A DNA stretch of 64,000 bases. Origin: Ostreococcus lucimarinus (Eukaryota). The notes under the pieces are model-generated. The model did no database searches. It worked only from the letters and a program-made list of their open reading frames with translations, and was not told the DNA's origin. Below, one piece after another: positions 37,771-48,189 of this stretch. The position numbers and the translations under genes are program-made. Where the stretch lies: assembly GCA_000092065.1 (NCBI GenBank), contig CP000591.1; one strand, written 5' to 3'. Position 1 is the stretch's first letter. Every line of letters starts with the position of its first letter.

Positions 37771-38403
37771 TCAGATGACCAGTAAGCACACGATCACCAG
37801 GGTTCCGATGGCGAGCAGATATCGCGATAGCAGCAACTGACTCGCCTGTTCCGTGCTCAATTCGTCGCTGCTCCTCAAACCCAGCAACGTCGCCAGTCCC
37901 GCCGCCGATTCCAGCGGCGGCGCGCCGCCTCCCTCGCGCTTCGCCCCCCCCCTCGCGGTGTTCGCCCCGAACCCGTACAGCGGGATCAACATATCCTTCG
38001 TCATCTCTCCCTTGCACACCGGGCACGCCACGTTATCGCCGACGCTCAGCCACGTGTTGATGCATCGCCAGCAGTACAAGTGCCCGCACGGCGTCACCAC
38101 CGGCTCCCGCGCGACTTCGAAGCACACGTTGCACTCAAATTTTTCCTTCGTTCCTCCCTCCCCATCGCCTCGCGCGACGTCCGAATCGAACGACGCGCGC
38201 GACGTTCGCCTCACCGCGCCCGCGCTACGTCTCCGCGCGCCCTCGTCCTCGCCCGCGTCTCGCGTCGTCGTCGCCCCGTCGCCGCGCCCTCGTCCCCGCG
38301 CCGACGTCGTCGCTCGCCCCGACGTCGTCGCGCTCGCGTCCGCGTCCATCGTCCCCGTCGACGCGCTCCGTCGCGACGTTTTTCTCGCCGTCGCGCGCGC
38401 CAT
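37771..38403 (-). CDS. RNF5: RING-HC E3 ubiquitin ligase, RNF5/RMA1-like, C-terminal TM anchor
   Basis: FECNVCFEVAREPVVTPCGHLYCWRCINTWL...CPVCKGEM and TM LLLSRYLLAIGTLVIVCLLVI. The track ORF extends to 39330 through junk. Start is ATG 38403 (MARATARK) or 38349. Confidence 0.85.
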   Translation of the reverse strand: MARATARKTSRRSASTGTMDADASATTSGRATTSARGRGRGDGATTTRDAGEDEGARRRSAGAVRRTSRASFDSDVARGDGEGGTKEKFECNVCFEVAREPVVTPCGHLYCWRCINTWLSVGDNVACPVCKGEMTKDMLIPLYGFGANTARGGAKREGGGAPPLESAAGLATLLGLRSSDELSTEQASQLLLSRYLLAIGTLVIVCLLVI

Positions 38404-38671
38404 GTCGTCGGCGTCGTCGCCGCGCGGCGCGTTCGCGACGCTTCGGATCGCGACGCTTCGGCGCGCGCCGATCGACGCGCCTCGGCGATCCGTCGCGTCG
38501 CGCGTCGCGCGCGCCGATCGAGGTCGACGCGCGGCGATCGCGCGTCGTCGCGCGCGCGCTCGTCGCGCGCGCGCGTGTGTGGACGCGCGCGACGGATTCG
38601 ATTCGCCGCGTCGGACGAGCGTCGCGGCGCGGCGACGCGACAAGGCGACGCGCGACGCGCGCGCATCCTCG

Positions 38672-40255
38672 ATGACGCCGACGACGGCGACGCGCGTCGC
38701 GACGCCGGCGACGCGCGCGACGGACGCGACGCGCGCGCGAGCGACGACGAGGCGCAGAGGCGAGACGGCGCGACGACGCGCGAGCGACGCGCGCGCGCGA
38801 ACGACGACGGCGCGCGGCGCGAGACGCGAGAGCTCGGACGCGCGCGCGACGACGGGGACGGCGGCGAACGACGCGCGCGAAACGGCGGCGCGGCGAGGGA
38901 CGACGCGCGCGAGGGCGAACGCGAGGGCGAACGCGGCGACGACGCGCGAGGACGAGACGACGACGACGAGGTATCGAATGGTGGTGGTGTCGCTCGTGGC
39001 GTTCGCGCTGATGCTGTGCAACGCGGATCGGGTGATCATGGCGGTGGCGGGGGTGCCGCTGGCGGCGGCGAACGGGTGGGGCGAACGCGCCGTCGGGTTG
39101 GTGCAGAGCTCGTTCCTGTGGGGGTACGCGCTGACGCCGCTCGTCGGCGGGATGTTGGCGGATAGATACGGTGGGAAGGTGGTGCTCGGGGCGGGTATCG
39201 CGGTTTGGTCGCTGGCGACCGTGGCGACGCCGTTCGCGGCGACGAGCGGAGGCTTGGCGCCGCTGCTCGTCGCGCGCGCGGTCATGGGGCTGGGGGAGGG
39301 CGTGGCGTTGCCGTGCATGAATAACGTCATCTCCCGGTGGGTGCCGAGGACCGAGCGTTCGCGCGCGGTGGCGATTTCTATGGGAGGATTTCAAAGCGGT
39401 TCGATGATTGGCTTGCTCGCGGCGCCCGCGCTCCTGGCGAGAGGCGGCGTTCCCGGACCGTTCATCCTCTTCGGCGCGCTCGGTTTGGCGTGGGCGGCGA
39501 TTTGGCACTTCGCCGCGACGACGTATCCCAAAGATTGCAAAATGGTGGGCGCCCGCGAGTTGAATTACATCGTCGACTCTCCCGGAGGCGCGCTCACGTC
39601 GTCGTCGTCGACGCTCAAGGACGCGGCGCCTCCGCCCTTTAAATTATTGCTGTCCAAAGCCCCGACCTGGGCGTGCATCATCGCCAACTTTGTCAATAAC
39701 TGGGGTTTTTTCATCCTTCTGGCGTGGATGCCGCTCTATTTCAAGCAAGTCGTCGGTCTTAACCTCAGAGAAGCCGCGTGGTTTAGCGCGCTTCCGTGGG
39801 CCACCATGGCGGCGAGCGGCGTCGTCGCGGGAACATTGGCGGATAACTTGATCAACTCTCGCGGTTGGTCGGTGACTGCGACGCGCAAATTCATTCAAGG
39901 CGTCGGTTTCATCGGTCCTGCGATTTGTTTGATCATTCTGGCCGCGTATGGAGCGCAGATGACGGCGGCGCGCGCGGTGACGACGCTCACCGTCGCGTGC
40001 GGGTGCACGGCGTTTACGCAAGCGGGATTTTTGGTCAACTTTCAAGAGATCGGCCCGAAATACGCAGGCGTGCTGCACGGCATGGCGAACACCGCGGGGA
40101 GTATCGCGGGAATGGTTGGAACGTACGCCACCGGCGCCGTGTTGGAGGCCACGGGTGGGAACTGGAGCGCCGTACTCTACATAACCGCCGTCGTCTACGC
40201 CTTGGGCGCGGCGACGTGGTTGACGATGAGCACGGGCGAGCGCGTATTTGATTGA
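38672..40255 (+). CDS. PHT4: MFS anion/phosphate transporter, PHT4/ANTR (SLC17-like), plastid-type presequence
   Basis: MFS core RYRMVVVSLVAFALMLCNADRVIMAVA..., LADRYGGKVVLG, ARAVMGLGEGVALP, 12 TM. The start is uncertain: ATG 38672 (MTPTTATRV) or the in-frame ATG 38402 (MSSASSPRG). The track start 37853 is not an ATG. Confidence 0.85.
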   Translation: MTPTTATRVATPATRATDATRARATTRRRGETARRRASDARARTTTARGARRESSDARATTGTAANDARETAARRGTTRARANARANAATTREDETTTTRYRMVVVSLVAFALMLCNADRVIMAVAGVPLAAANGWGERAVGLVQSSFLWGYALTPLVGGMLADRYGGKVVLGAGIAVWSLATVATPFAATSGGLAPLLVARAVMGLGEGVALPCMNNVISRWVPRTERSRAVAISMGGFQSGSMIGLLAAPALLARGGVPGPFILFGALGLAWAAIWHFAATTYPKDCKMVGARELNYIVDSPGGALTSSSSTLKDAAPPPFKLLLSKAPTWACIIANFVNNWGFFILLAWMPLYFKQVVGLNLREAAWFSALPWATMAASGVVAGTLADNLINSRGWSVTATRKFIQGVGFIGPAICLIILAAYGAQMTAARAVTTLTVACGCTAFTQAGFLVNFQEIGPKYAGVLHGMANTAGSIAGMVGTYATGAVLEATGGNWSAVLYITAVVYALGAATWLTMSTGERVFD

Positions 40256-40687
40256 TTTAGTAATAATGCAAACAATGTGATAATATTATCATAAAGTACA
40301 ACATTTGCCGAAGACCGCAAAAATCGCGCGCTGAGCCAACCGTTTACGAGCGCGCCGCGTCGTCGCGCGCGCCATCGTCGATTCCCATCGGCCGAGTTGA
40401 TGAAGCGATAGATCGTGTCACGATCGCACTCGTCCGAGGCGTTCGCGCCGGATCGTCGCGCGTCGAGACGTGACGATTGCAGCGCGTCGCTTTGATCGGC
40501 GGCGCCACGTCAGACACATGGGTTATGGGCGCCTATTTAGCCTATTTACGTGCCGGTGCGCGCGTTTGACGATCGGTTGGTTGACGATTGATGGCGAGCG
40601 CGCGTTCGATTGATTCGAAGTAGTGATGCTCGTTATTTTCGTTCGAAGGGACATGGATCTTTCGCTGGGAGGTGGTGTTGAATGAAC

Positions 40688-40720
40688 ACCAATTTTGCGC
40701 GGTTGACCCGCACAATTGGT
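40688..40720 (-). other. Interrupted hairpin about 100 nt downstream of the H3 stop (possible 3'-end element)
   Basis: accaatt(40688-94)/aattggt(40714-20) plus inner gcgg(40699-702)/ccgc(40708-11), with loop ttgac. The function is unproven. Confidence 0.3.
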
Positions 40721-40820
40721 TTAAAGACAACCGAGTTTAAAGCTCAGCGGTCTATACTTTTTCTTTTTTGATTGTTTGTTTGAGAGTGAAACACCTTAGA
40801 AAGGATACGTCACCGGGCGC

Positions 40821-41426
<606 letters not shown>

Positions 41427-41655
41427 TCACAAAGACTCGTCACGGGTCATCACTCGTCGATGCACGACGCGATCGCGCTTTTACGAAATCGTTTTTTGTT
41501 AAACGCCGCGTTCGCGGAAAAAGGGGCGATTCGTGTGCGCAAACAGTTCGGCGATCGACTCGAGAGGCGTGAGAAATCGCCTCACGCCGCGCGCGCGCGA
41601 TGGAGGCCGCGCGCGTCGTCGCGGGCGCCACAAATCGACTCGTCGTATTTCGTAA

Positions 41656-41973
<318 letters not shown>

Positions 41974-41990
41974 GCGTTTTTTTAAAACGC
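41974..41990 (+). terminator. Perfect 7-bp stem / 3-nt loop hairpin immediately after the H4 stop codon (candidate histone mRNA 3'-end stem-loop)
   Basis: gcgtttt-ttt-aaaacgc starts 1 nt after the TAA. Confidence 0.4.
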
Positions 41991-42209
41991 CGACCGACGT
42001 CTACGTACGCGCAAGCGAAACAAACTCAAGACGCGTCTCTCGACGCGTCTCGAAAACACTGGTGTTCAAAAAATTAACACCACCAATTCTAAAAGGTTCC
42101 TTCGTCTCGGCTAAAATCGCGCGTCTCGTTCGTCGCTCGCGTTCTGTCGTTCGCGCTTGAAATTTGAAAATTTGAAATCACCCGACAGCCGGTCGCGTGG
42201 ACGCGCTCC

Positions 42210-42860
42210 ATGGCGCCGCGCGCGTCCGCCGCGGTCGCGACCGTCGCGGTCGTCGCGGCCGCGACGACGATTTGGTATTACCGTCGCCATCGCCGACGCG
42301 AGCGAAGCGACGACGGGCGCGCGTTCGAGCGCGAGCAAATTCGTCTCAAGAGTGCGTTGGCGAAACTCGCGCGCGATGGCAACCTCGCGCGCGCGTCCGA
42401 CACCGGTGCGATGGTGTCGTTGACGAAAGAACAATGCGGTGGAACGACCGCGAGGTACGCTTGGACGCAGAGCGAAGATGAGATCGTCGTGAGCTTCGCC
42501 GCGCCCGCGGACGCGACGTCCCGCGAGTGCGAGGTGACGCTGACGTCCACCGCGGCGACGGTTCGCGTGCGAGGACAGACGCTGCTGGACGGGGAGTTGA
42601 CTCGGGCAATAGTGAAGGATGATTCGTATTGGGAGCTGGAAAGCGACGGTTCGCAGAAGGTGCTGCGACTTTCGCTGACCAAGCTTCGGCGGACGTGCGC
42701 CAAGTTTCACTGGCCGAGCGTGTGCGTCGGGGAACCGGAGATCGACGTCGCCGCGTTCGGCGATCCCGTGATGGGGGTGACGGGAAATTTGAACGGCGAT
42801 GCGATGAAGACGATGATGGAGGACGTGGCGGCGATGCGACGCGACGCCGAGAAAAATTAG
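42210..42860 (+). CDS. CS (p23/NudC-like) domain protein with an N-terminal TM anchor
   Basis: ATG at 42210, TM AAVATVAVVAAATTIWYY, and the CS domain YAWTQSEDEIVVSFAAP...CEVTLTSTAATVRVRGQTLLDGELTRAIVKDDSYWELE..KVLRLSLTK. Confidence 0.75.
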   Translation: MAPRASAAVATVAVVAAATTIWYYRRHRRRERSDDGRAFEREQIRLKSALAKLARDGNLARASDTGAMVSLTKEQCGGTTARYAWTQSEDEIVVSFAAPADATSRECEVTLTSTAATVRVRGQTLLDGELTRAIVKDDSYWELESDGSQKVLRLSLTKLRRTCAKFHWPSVCVGEPEIDVAAFGDPVMGVTGNLNGDAMKTMMEDVAAMRRDAEKN

Positions 42861-42905
42861 CGTTAGACGACTCAATAGAAATTTTTTAATACATAGGCGG
42901 ATCGA

Positions 42906-43712
42906 TCAATCGTCGCTCGTTATCGTAGTCACGGGCACCGGAACCGTCTCGCGAAGCGAAACGTTCATCGCGTCATCGAGCCCATCCGCCGCCGACGCGT
43001 GCGCGGCGGCGTATTGTCGTTTCCGCGCGTCTAGCGCGTCGCACGCGCGCCAGACGACGTCGTCGCCCACGAATCTCGCTCCCGCGATCGCGAGCGCCAC
43101 GAACGCGACGCAGACGCAAATCATCCCCAGTGACTGTCTCGGAATCTCCCCAAACTTCCCCGCCGCGAAGAGCGGCTGCACCTCGACGTCGTACGTCACG
43201 TACTCTGGCGCCGTCGCGCCCGCCCAATACACCCCCTCCCGCTCCGCTCGCACCACGACGCGCGCGCGCGTCATCCCCTCCCCGAGCGTCCGTCTGCTCA
43301 ACACTAACTTTTCCACGTTCAGCAGCCTCCTCCGTAGCTCCGTGCGTCCATCCGACGTCGTCCCGCCGACCCAACCGCCGCCGCCGCCGAACCACCCGCC
43401 GCCGCCGAGCCATCCCGAGTCCAACTCCACCGCGATCGCCGCCGCGCTCGTCGCTCGGTACGACACCTTCACCTCGTACGCCGTGTTTGCTTTCAGATCT
43501 CGCACGTCGTACGCGTGCGCGCGTCCGAACGCCAGCTCGACGTCCCGCGCGCGCGTCCCCGGCGTGAGCGTCGTCGGTCGTCGCGCCGTCGCGCGCGCCT
43601 CGGCGCGCGTCACCGCGCGCGCGACGACCGCCGCGAGCAGCGCGAGCAGGCGCGTCGCGCGCGCGCGACGCCGCGCGCGACGCCGCGCCGTCGGCGTCGG
43701 CGGCGTCGACAT
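42906..43712 (-). CDS. Hypothetical type I membrane protein (signal peptide, Gly/Trp-rich insert, one C-terminal TM)
   Basis: The track ORF extends to 43958. I start at ATG 43712 ([34 protein letters not shown]). TM LGMICVCVAFVALAIAGARFV. No family recognised. Confidence 0.55.
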   Translation of the reverse strand: MSTPPTPTARRRARRRARATRLLALLAAVVARAVTRAEARATARRPTTLTPGTRARDVELAFGRAHAYDVRDLKANTAYEVKVSYRATSAAAIAVELDSGWLGGGGWFGGGGGWVGGTTSDGRTELRRRLLNVEKLVLSRRTLGEGMTRARVVVRAEREGVYWAGATAPEYVTYDVEVQPLFAAGKFGEIPRQSLGMICVCVAFVALAIAGARFVGDDVVWRACDALDARKRQYAAAHASAADGLDDAMNVSLRETVPVPVTTITSDD

Positions 43713-43916
43713 CGCCGCGACGCGCTCGACAGTGACGCAGACGCAGACGCAGACCGACGCGACGCGACGCGACGCCGGACGCGACGCGACGTCGGACGCG
43801 CGCGACGCTTCGCGCGTCGCATGCTCGCGCGCGCGCGCGTCGCGGCGTCGTCGAGCGCGAGCGCGCGTCGTCGCGGTGCGTCGACGAAGGCGGAGCGACG
43901 ACGCGACGCGTGCGTC

Positions 43917-45389
43917 ATGCGCGCCGAAAGCGCGCGCGCGACGTTCGAACGTGGACAAGACACCCTGCGCGTGTCGTATGAATTACATCGCGAGAACCGC
44001 GCGCGCGCGGTGGAGGCGATGCGGGCGCGCGGCGACGGCGACGGCGTCGTCGCGATGACGGGCGGCCGGCAGACGCGACGATACTCGACGGATAACGAAC
44101 CGTTGTTTCGACAGGAGTCGTACTTTCACTGGATGTTCGGAGTGCTGGAGGGCGATTGTCACGGCGCGTTGGACGCGAGGACGGGGAAGTCGACGCTGTT
44201 CGTGCCGAGACTACCACAGGAGTACGCGATTTGGATGGGCGCCATCGAGACGCGCGAATCGTTCGCGGAACGGTATCTCGTGGACGAGGTGATGTACGCG
44301 GACGAGTTCGAGGGGTACTTGAAGGCGTTAGACACCAAGATATACGTGTTAAAAGGGGTGAACTCGGACAGTGGGGACGTGACGGACGGTTTGGGGGCGG
44401 AATTGGAAGCCGCGCTGGGGGCGACGAAGATCGACGCCACAGACGCTTTGTTCAACGTCATCACCGAGCTTCGCACGGTGAAGACGGCGCGCGAGCAAGA
44501 GGTTTTGAAATACGCGAGCAAGATTAGTTCCATGGCGCACGTGGAGGTGATTCGCTCGTTAAAGCCGGGAATGATGGAGTATCAACTCGAATCGTTGTTC
44601 AAGCACACGTGTTACAGTCGAGGCGGGATGCGGAACGAATCGTACACGTCGATTTGCGCCGCGGGTAAAAACGGGGCAACGTTGCATTACGGTCACGCTG
44701 GCGCCCCGAACTCGGCGCAAATCAAAGAAGGCGATTTAGTGTTGATGGACATGGGCGCGGAGTACCACTGCTACGCCGCCGACATCACGACGACGGTTCC
44801 GGCTGGTGGAAAGTTCACCCCGGACGCGAAGATCATCTACGAGGGCGTTTTGGCCGCGCATCAAGCGGTGTTGAAAGCGTTGAAGCCTGGATGCGCGTGG
44901 CTCGACTTGCAGCGTCTCGCGGAAACGCATATTCTGCGCGCGTTGGTCGATGGCGGCTTTCTCGTCGGCGACATCGACGAGATGATGGCGAAACGAGTGA
45001 GCGCCACGTTCATGCCGCACGGTCTCGGCCATCACCTCGGCGTGGACACGCACGATGTTGGTGGTTACGGGCTCCCGGGAACACCCGCGCGGAGCACCGA
45101 GCCTGGATTGAAGAATTGCAGAACAGCATCCTTGATGAAGGAAGGCAACGTCATGACGATCGAGCCGGGATGCTATTTCATCGACGTTTTGCTCGACAGG
45201 GCTCTCGCCGACGGATCCGACATCAAGCAATATTTTGTTGCCGATCGCGTGAACGCGTGTCGATCGATGGGTGGCGTACGATTAGAAGATAACGTCGTCG
45301 TCACCGCCGACGGTTGCCAGTCTTGGACGAGCGTTCCTCGCACCGTCGCCGAAGTCGAAGCCGTCATGGCTGGCGCGTCTTGGCCGTGA
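43917..45389 (+). CDS. PEPD: Xaa-Pro dipeptidase (prolidase, peptidase M24B)
   Basis: Track start 43515 lies in junk; ATG 43917 (MRAESARATFERGQDTLRVS). LFRQESYFHWMFGV, HYGHAGAPN, DLVLMDMGAEYHCYAADITTT, HGLGHHLGVDTHD, MTIEPGCYF, GGVRLEDNVVV. Confidence 0.9.
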   Translation: MRAESARATFERGQDTLRVSYELHRENRARAVEAMRARGDGDGVVAMTGGRQTRRYSTDNEPLFRQESYFHWMFGVLEGDCHGALDARTGKSTLFVPRLPQEYAIWMGAIETRESFAERYLVDEVMYADEFEGYLKALDTKIYVLKGVNSDSGDVTDGLGAELEAALGATKIDATDALFNVITELRTVKTAREQEVLKYASKISSMAHVEVIRSLKPGMMEYQLESLFKHTCYSRGGMRNESYTSICAAGKNGATLHYGHAGAPNSAQIKEGDLVLMDMGAEYHCYAADITTTVPAGGKFTPDAKIIYEGVLAAHQAVLKALKPGCAWLDLQRLAETHILRALVDGGFLVGDIDEMMAKRVSATFMPHGLGHHLGVDTHDVGGYGLPGTPARSTEPGLKNCRTASLMKEGNVMTIEPGCYFIDVLLDRALADGSDIKQYFVADRVNACRSMGGVRLEDNVVVTADGCQSWTSVPRTVAEVEAVMAGASWP

Positions 45390-45482
45390 GCTCATCTCTC
45401 GCGCGCATCGTCGCCATCAAATCACAAAAATTTCTACTAGTTTTACACGTCATCGTTATTGCTAATCACCATCGTACACAGT

Positions 45483-45715
45483 TCACTTTGTCTCCTTTGT
45501 CTCCTTTGTCTCCTTCGTCGACGTCGGCGCCAATCGATCCTCTCGAAAGTTCGGCGCCGGCGTCGTCCTCGGCAGATGTCTGTAATCGTACAGCAAACTA
45601 TCCGCCACGTGTTCCTCCTCCTCATCGTTCTTCCGTTCGCTGTACGTGCGCCACCACGTCTTCAAACTCTCGTCGTACCGCGCCGCTTTCGTCGCCGTCT
45701 CAACCACCGTCGTCT

Positions 45716-45756
<41 letters not shown>

Positions 45757-45896
45757 CCGTAGATGGCCTCCAACACGTGCGCCGGCACCGCGGTTCCGCC
45801 TCGCGCCGTCGCGGGCGCGCGCGTCTCGGCGTCGCGCGCCGACATCGTCGCGAAGTGTCGCGGCGTCCCCGCCGGGACACCGCGCCGCGACGCCAT
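45483..45896 (-). CDS. Small hypothetical protein with poly-Thr13 and a C-terminal (KET)3
   Basis: The C-terminal half looks like genuine coding sequence (DESLKTWWRTYSERKNDEEEEHVADSLLYDYRHLPR). It includes (GTC)13 at about 45717-45755 and the 9-bp repeat tttgtctcc x3 at 45487-45513. Start is 45896 or 45845. Confidence 0.4.
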
Positions 45897-47022
45897 GACG
45901 CGCGCGCAGGCGTCGATCGGCGTCGATCGCGCCGTCGCGCGCGCGCGCGCGACGACGCGAACGCCGCGGTGCGCGCGCGCGGCGTTCGCGTCGCGCTCGG
46001 ACGACGCGCCGTGCGTCGTCGACGACGAAGACGCCGAGGCGAAGCGAATAAAACAGCGCGCGCACCGAAAACGGAACCGCGCGCGGTGCAGGACCCGCGC
46101 GAACGAGCGCGTGGACGCGTTGCTCGAGAAGTTTCGCGCGCTGCGACCGCTCGAACGCGCGAACGACGATGGATCGTGGGAGACGGTGTACGCGGAGGAG
46201 GAGGAAGACCGGGACGACGGCGTCGACTGGGACGGGCTGCCGCCGGGCGCGGACCCGTTCGGGACGAATAAGAAGGGTGGACGAGAGCGAGGGATGCGGA
46301 AGCGGAATCAAGTGATGACGTTCGTGAAACACTTGCGAGCGCTACTTTCGCTGCGAGGGCGAAGGGAGATAAAGAGGTGCGTCGATTTTGGATGCGGTAC
46401 GGGGAACGTTTTGATGACGTGCGCGGCGACGTTTCCGGAAATCGACTTCGTCGGCGTCGATTTGAACGCGACGAGCATTGAGATTTTAAACTCGAGGATT
46501 CGGAAATCGGGGTTGACAAACGTCAGCGCGGTGGTCGGATTGATCGAAGACGGCGATACGTTCGGGGCGGACTGCGCGTTGGCGCTGCACGTGTGCGGGA
46601 GCGCAACGGATCGAGTGTTAAACAGCGCGGTGCGAGCGAGAATCCCGTTCGTCATCGCGCCTTGTTGCGTGGGCAAAGTTCAAGAGGGTGGGATGCGAAG
46701 CTTGAATCGCATGCGTAACGATTTGATTTCGCTCGATAAAATAGAAGACATCGAGCGGCCGAGGTCGAGGCTGATGCGAGCCGCGGGTTTCGATTTCGAA
46801 GCGTACATGTCTGCCGCGACTTTGGCCGATTGGAGCGGGCACCAGGGCGTGGATCCGAGCGATCCGAACGAGCCTCTCGCCGCGCTTCCGAGACGCGCGA
46901 AGAGCGCCATCGAGGCGGATCGTGGGGAGTTTGCACGAGAGCACGCTTACGACGTGACGTTGCACAAGATGCCCGCGCAAAGCGGCATTCGCGATGACGT
47001 CTTGGTCGGGATCCCACTTTGA
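45895..47022 (+). CDS. Class I SAM-dependent methyltransferase (Methyltransf_32/METTL25-like)
   Basis: VDFGCGTGNVLMTCA (SAM motif I), GVDLN, ALHVCGSATD...IPFVIAPCCVGK. Start is ATG 45895 (MTRAQASIG) or 45763. Confidence 0.7.
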   Translation: MTRAQASIGVDRAVARARATTRTPRCARAAFASRSDDAPCVVDDEDAEAKRIKQRAHRKRNRARCRTRANERVDALLEKFRALRPLERANDDGSWETVYAEEEEDRDDGVDWDGLPPGADPFGTNKKGGRERGMRKRNQVMTFVKHLRALLSLRGRREIKRCVDFGCGTGNVLMTCAATFPEIDFVGVDLNATSIEILNSRIRKSGLTNVSAVVGLIEDGDTFGADCALALHVCGSATDRVLNSAVRARIPFVIAPCCVGKVQEGGMRSLNRMRNDLISLDKIEDIERPRSRLMRAAGFDFEAYMSAATLADWSGHQGVDPSDPNEPLAALPRRAKSAIEADRGEFAREHAYDVTLHKMPAQSGIRDDVLVGIPL

Positions 47023-47181
47023 GCGCTCGCGTGTATTCTTTGTCTAATTGTTTGTCTATTGTTTCTATAGCTAGTCTACGTTGTCATGATTCTTGGTCGG
47101 GATCCCACTTTGAGCGCTCGCGTGTATTCTTTGTCTAATTGTTTGTCTATTGTTTCTATAGCTAGTCTACGTTGTCATGAT
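47000..47181. repeat. Perfect 91-bp tandem duplication spanning the convergent 3' ends of the methyltransferase and pseudouridine synthase genes
   Basis: 47000-47090 and 47091-47181 are identical by eye. Each copy contains the last 23 nt of the methyltransferase CDS including TGA, an AT-rich spacer (ttgtctaattgtttgtctattgtttctatag), and the tcatgat that supplies the pseudouridine synthase stop. Confidence 0.95.
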
Positions 47182-48079
47182 GACTCATCAGTCATCGCCT
47201 CGAGCGTCGACCGCAGCAGCGGTTGATCGTCAAACCAGGCGCCCGAATCTTTCGCCAACGCGCTCGGAAAGTGCCGCTCGAACGCCTCGAGATCCCACGC
47301 CTCGCCCTCATCTGGGCTACATATTATCTGAATCGCCGGTCCCAGGCCTAAAGATTCGGGAATGCGTATCGCGCACGCGTGCAAGTAGCATCGTTCCGCG
47401 ACGGCCCCCGAATACACGTCGTCGCCCAACAGCGGCGCGCCGAGCGATTTCGCGCACACTCGCAACTGATGCGTCTTCCCAGTCAGCGGTCGAAATATGA
47501 ACATTCGTCGCCCTTTCGCTCCGAAGCTCACGAATTTCGTCACCGCCGGATTATCTTTCGTGTTCGTCAGTTTGTACGCCTTTCGCCGCGCTCGCGCCAT
47601 GTCCCCCGTCACCGTCCCCATCTTCTTCTTCGGCTTTTTCCCCGAAATCCCGACGTAATACTTGACGATCGCCCGCGTCGCGAACCCATCGCTCAGTTTC
47701 TTCGCCGCGTCCGCCGTCTTCGCGAACACTAGCGTCCCGCTCGTGCCCTTGTCCAACCTGTGCACGGCGCGAAGGCGCTCTTCGCGCGCGTCGCGACTCG
47801 CGCGCAGCCGCGCCAGCGCCCCAGGTTCGAATTCGCTGTGAAACGACACCCCCGGCGGTTTATTCACGATCACCACCGCGTCGTTTTCGTACAGCACGCG
47901 CGGCGTCTTCGCGTTTTCGCGCGTTGTCCCGCTCGAGGTCGTTACCTCGTCGTCGTCGTCGTCGTCGTCGCGCGCGAGCGCGCGCGCGCGCCGCGGCGCG
48001 CCGACCGCGCGCGACGGTCCAACGAACCCTCGACGATGGACCCGCGCGGCGCGCGCGGCGCGGCGCGGCCCCGCGACGG

Positions 48080-48118
<39 letters not shown>

Positions 48119-48119
48119 T
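47175..48119 (-). CDS. RluA-family pseudouridine synthase
   Basis: VIVNKPPGVSFHS, catalytic VHRLDKGTSGTLVFAKT, KYYVGISG, HQLRVCAKSLGAPLLGDDVY. Poly-Thr and poly-Asp N-terminus. Start is ATG 48119 (MATTTTT) or 48230, which would overlap the SNM1 start. Confidence 0.85.
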
Positions 48120-48189
48120 CGCAACGCGCGCGTCTGACGCCAGTTCGCGCCGCGTCGTCGAGTCGTCTCGACGCGCGGCGCGCGCGCCG

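Noticed and set aside
11461-40255. N-terminal extensions of track ORFs: SEC16 to 15795, the transporter to 19778, DPE2 to 36350, the RING protein to 39330, and PHT4 from 37853.
   Set aside because: The extensions overlap the coding region of the opposite-strand neighbour, are Arg-rich junk, and several begin at non-ATG codons. I trimmed them to the ATG nearest the conserved or hydrophobic core.
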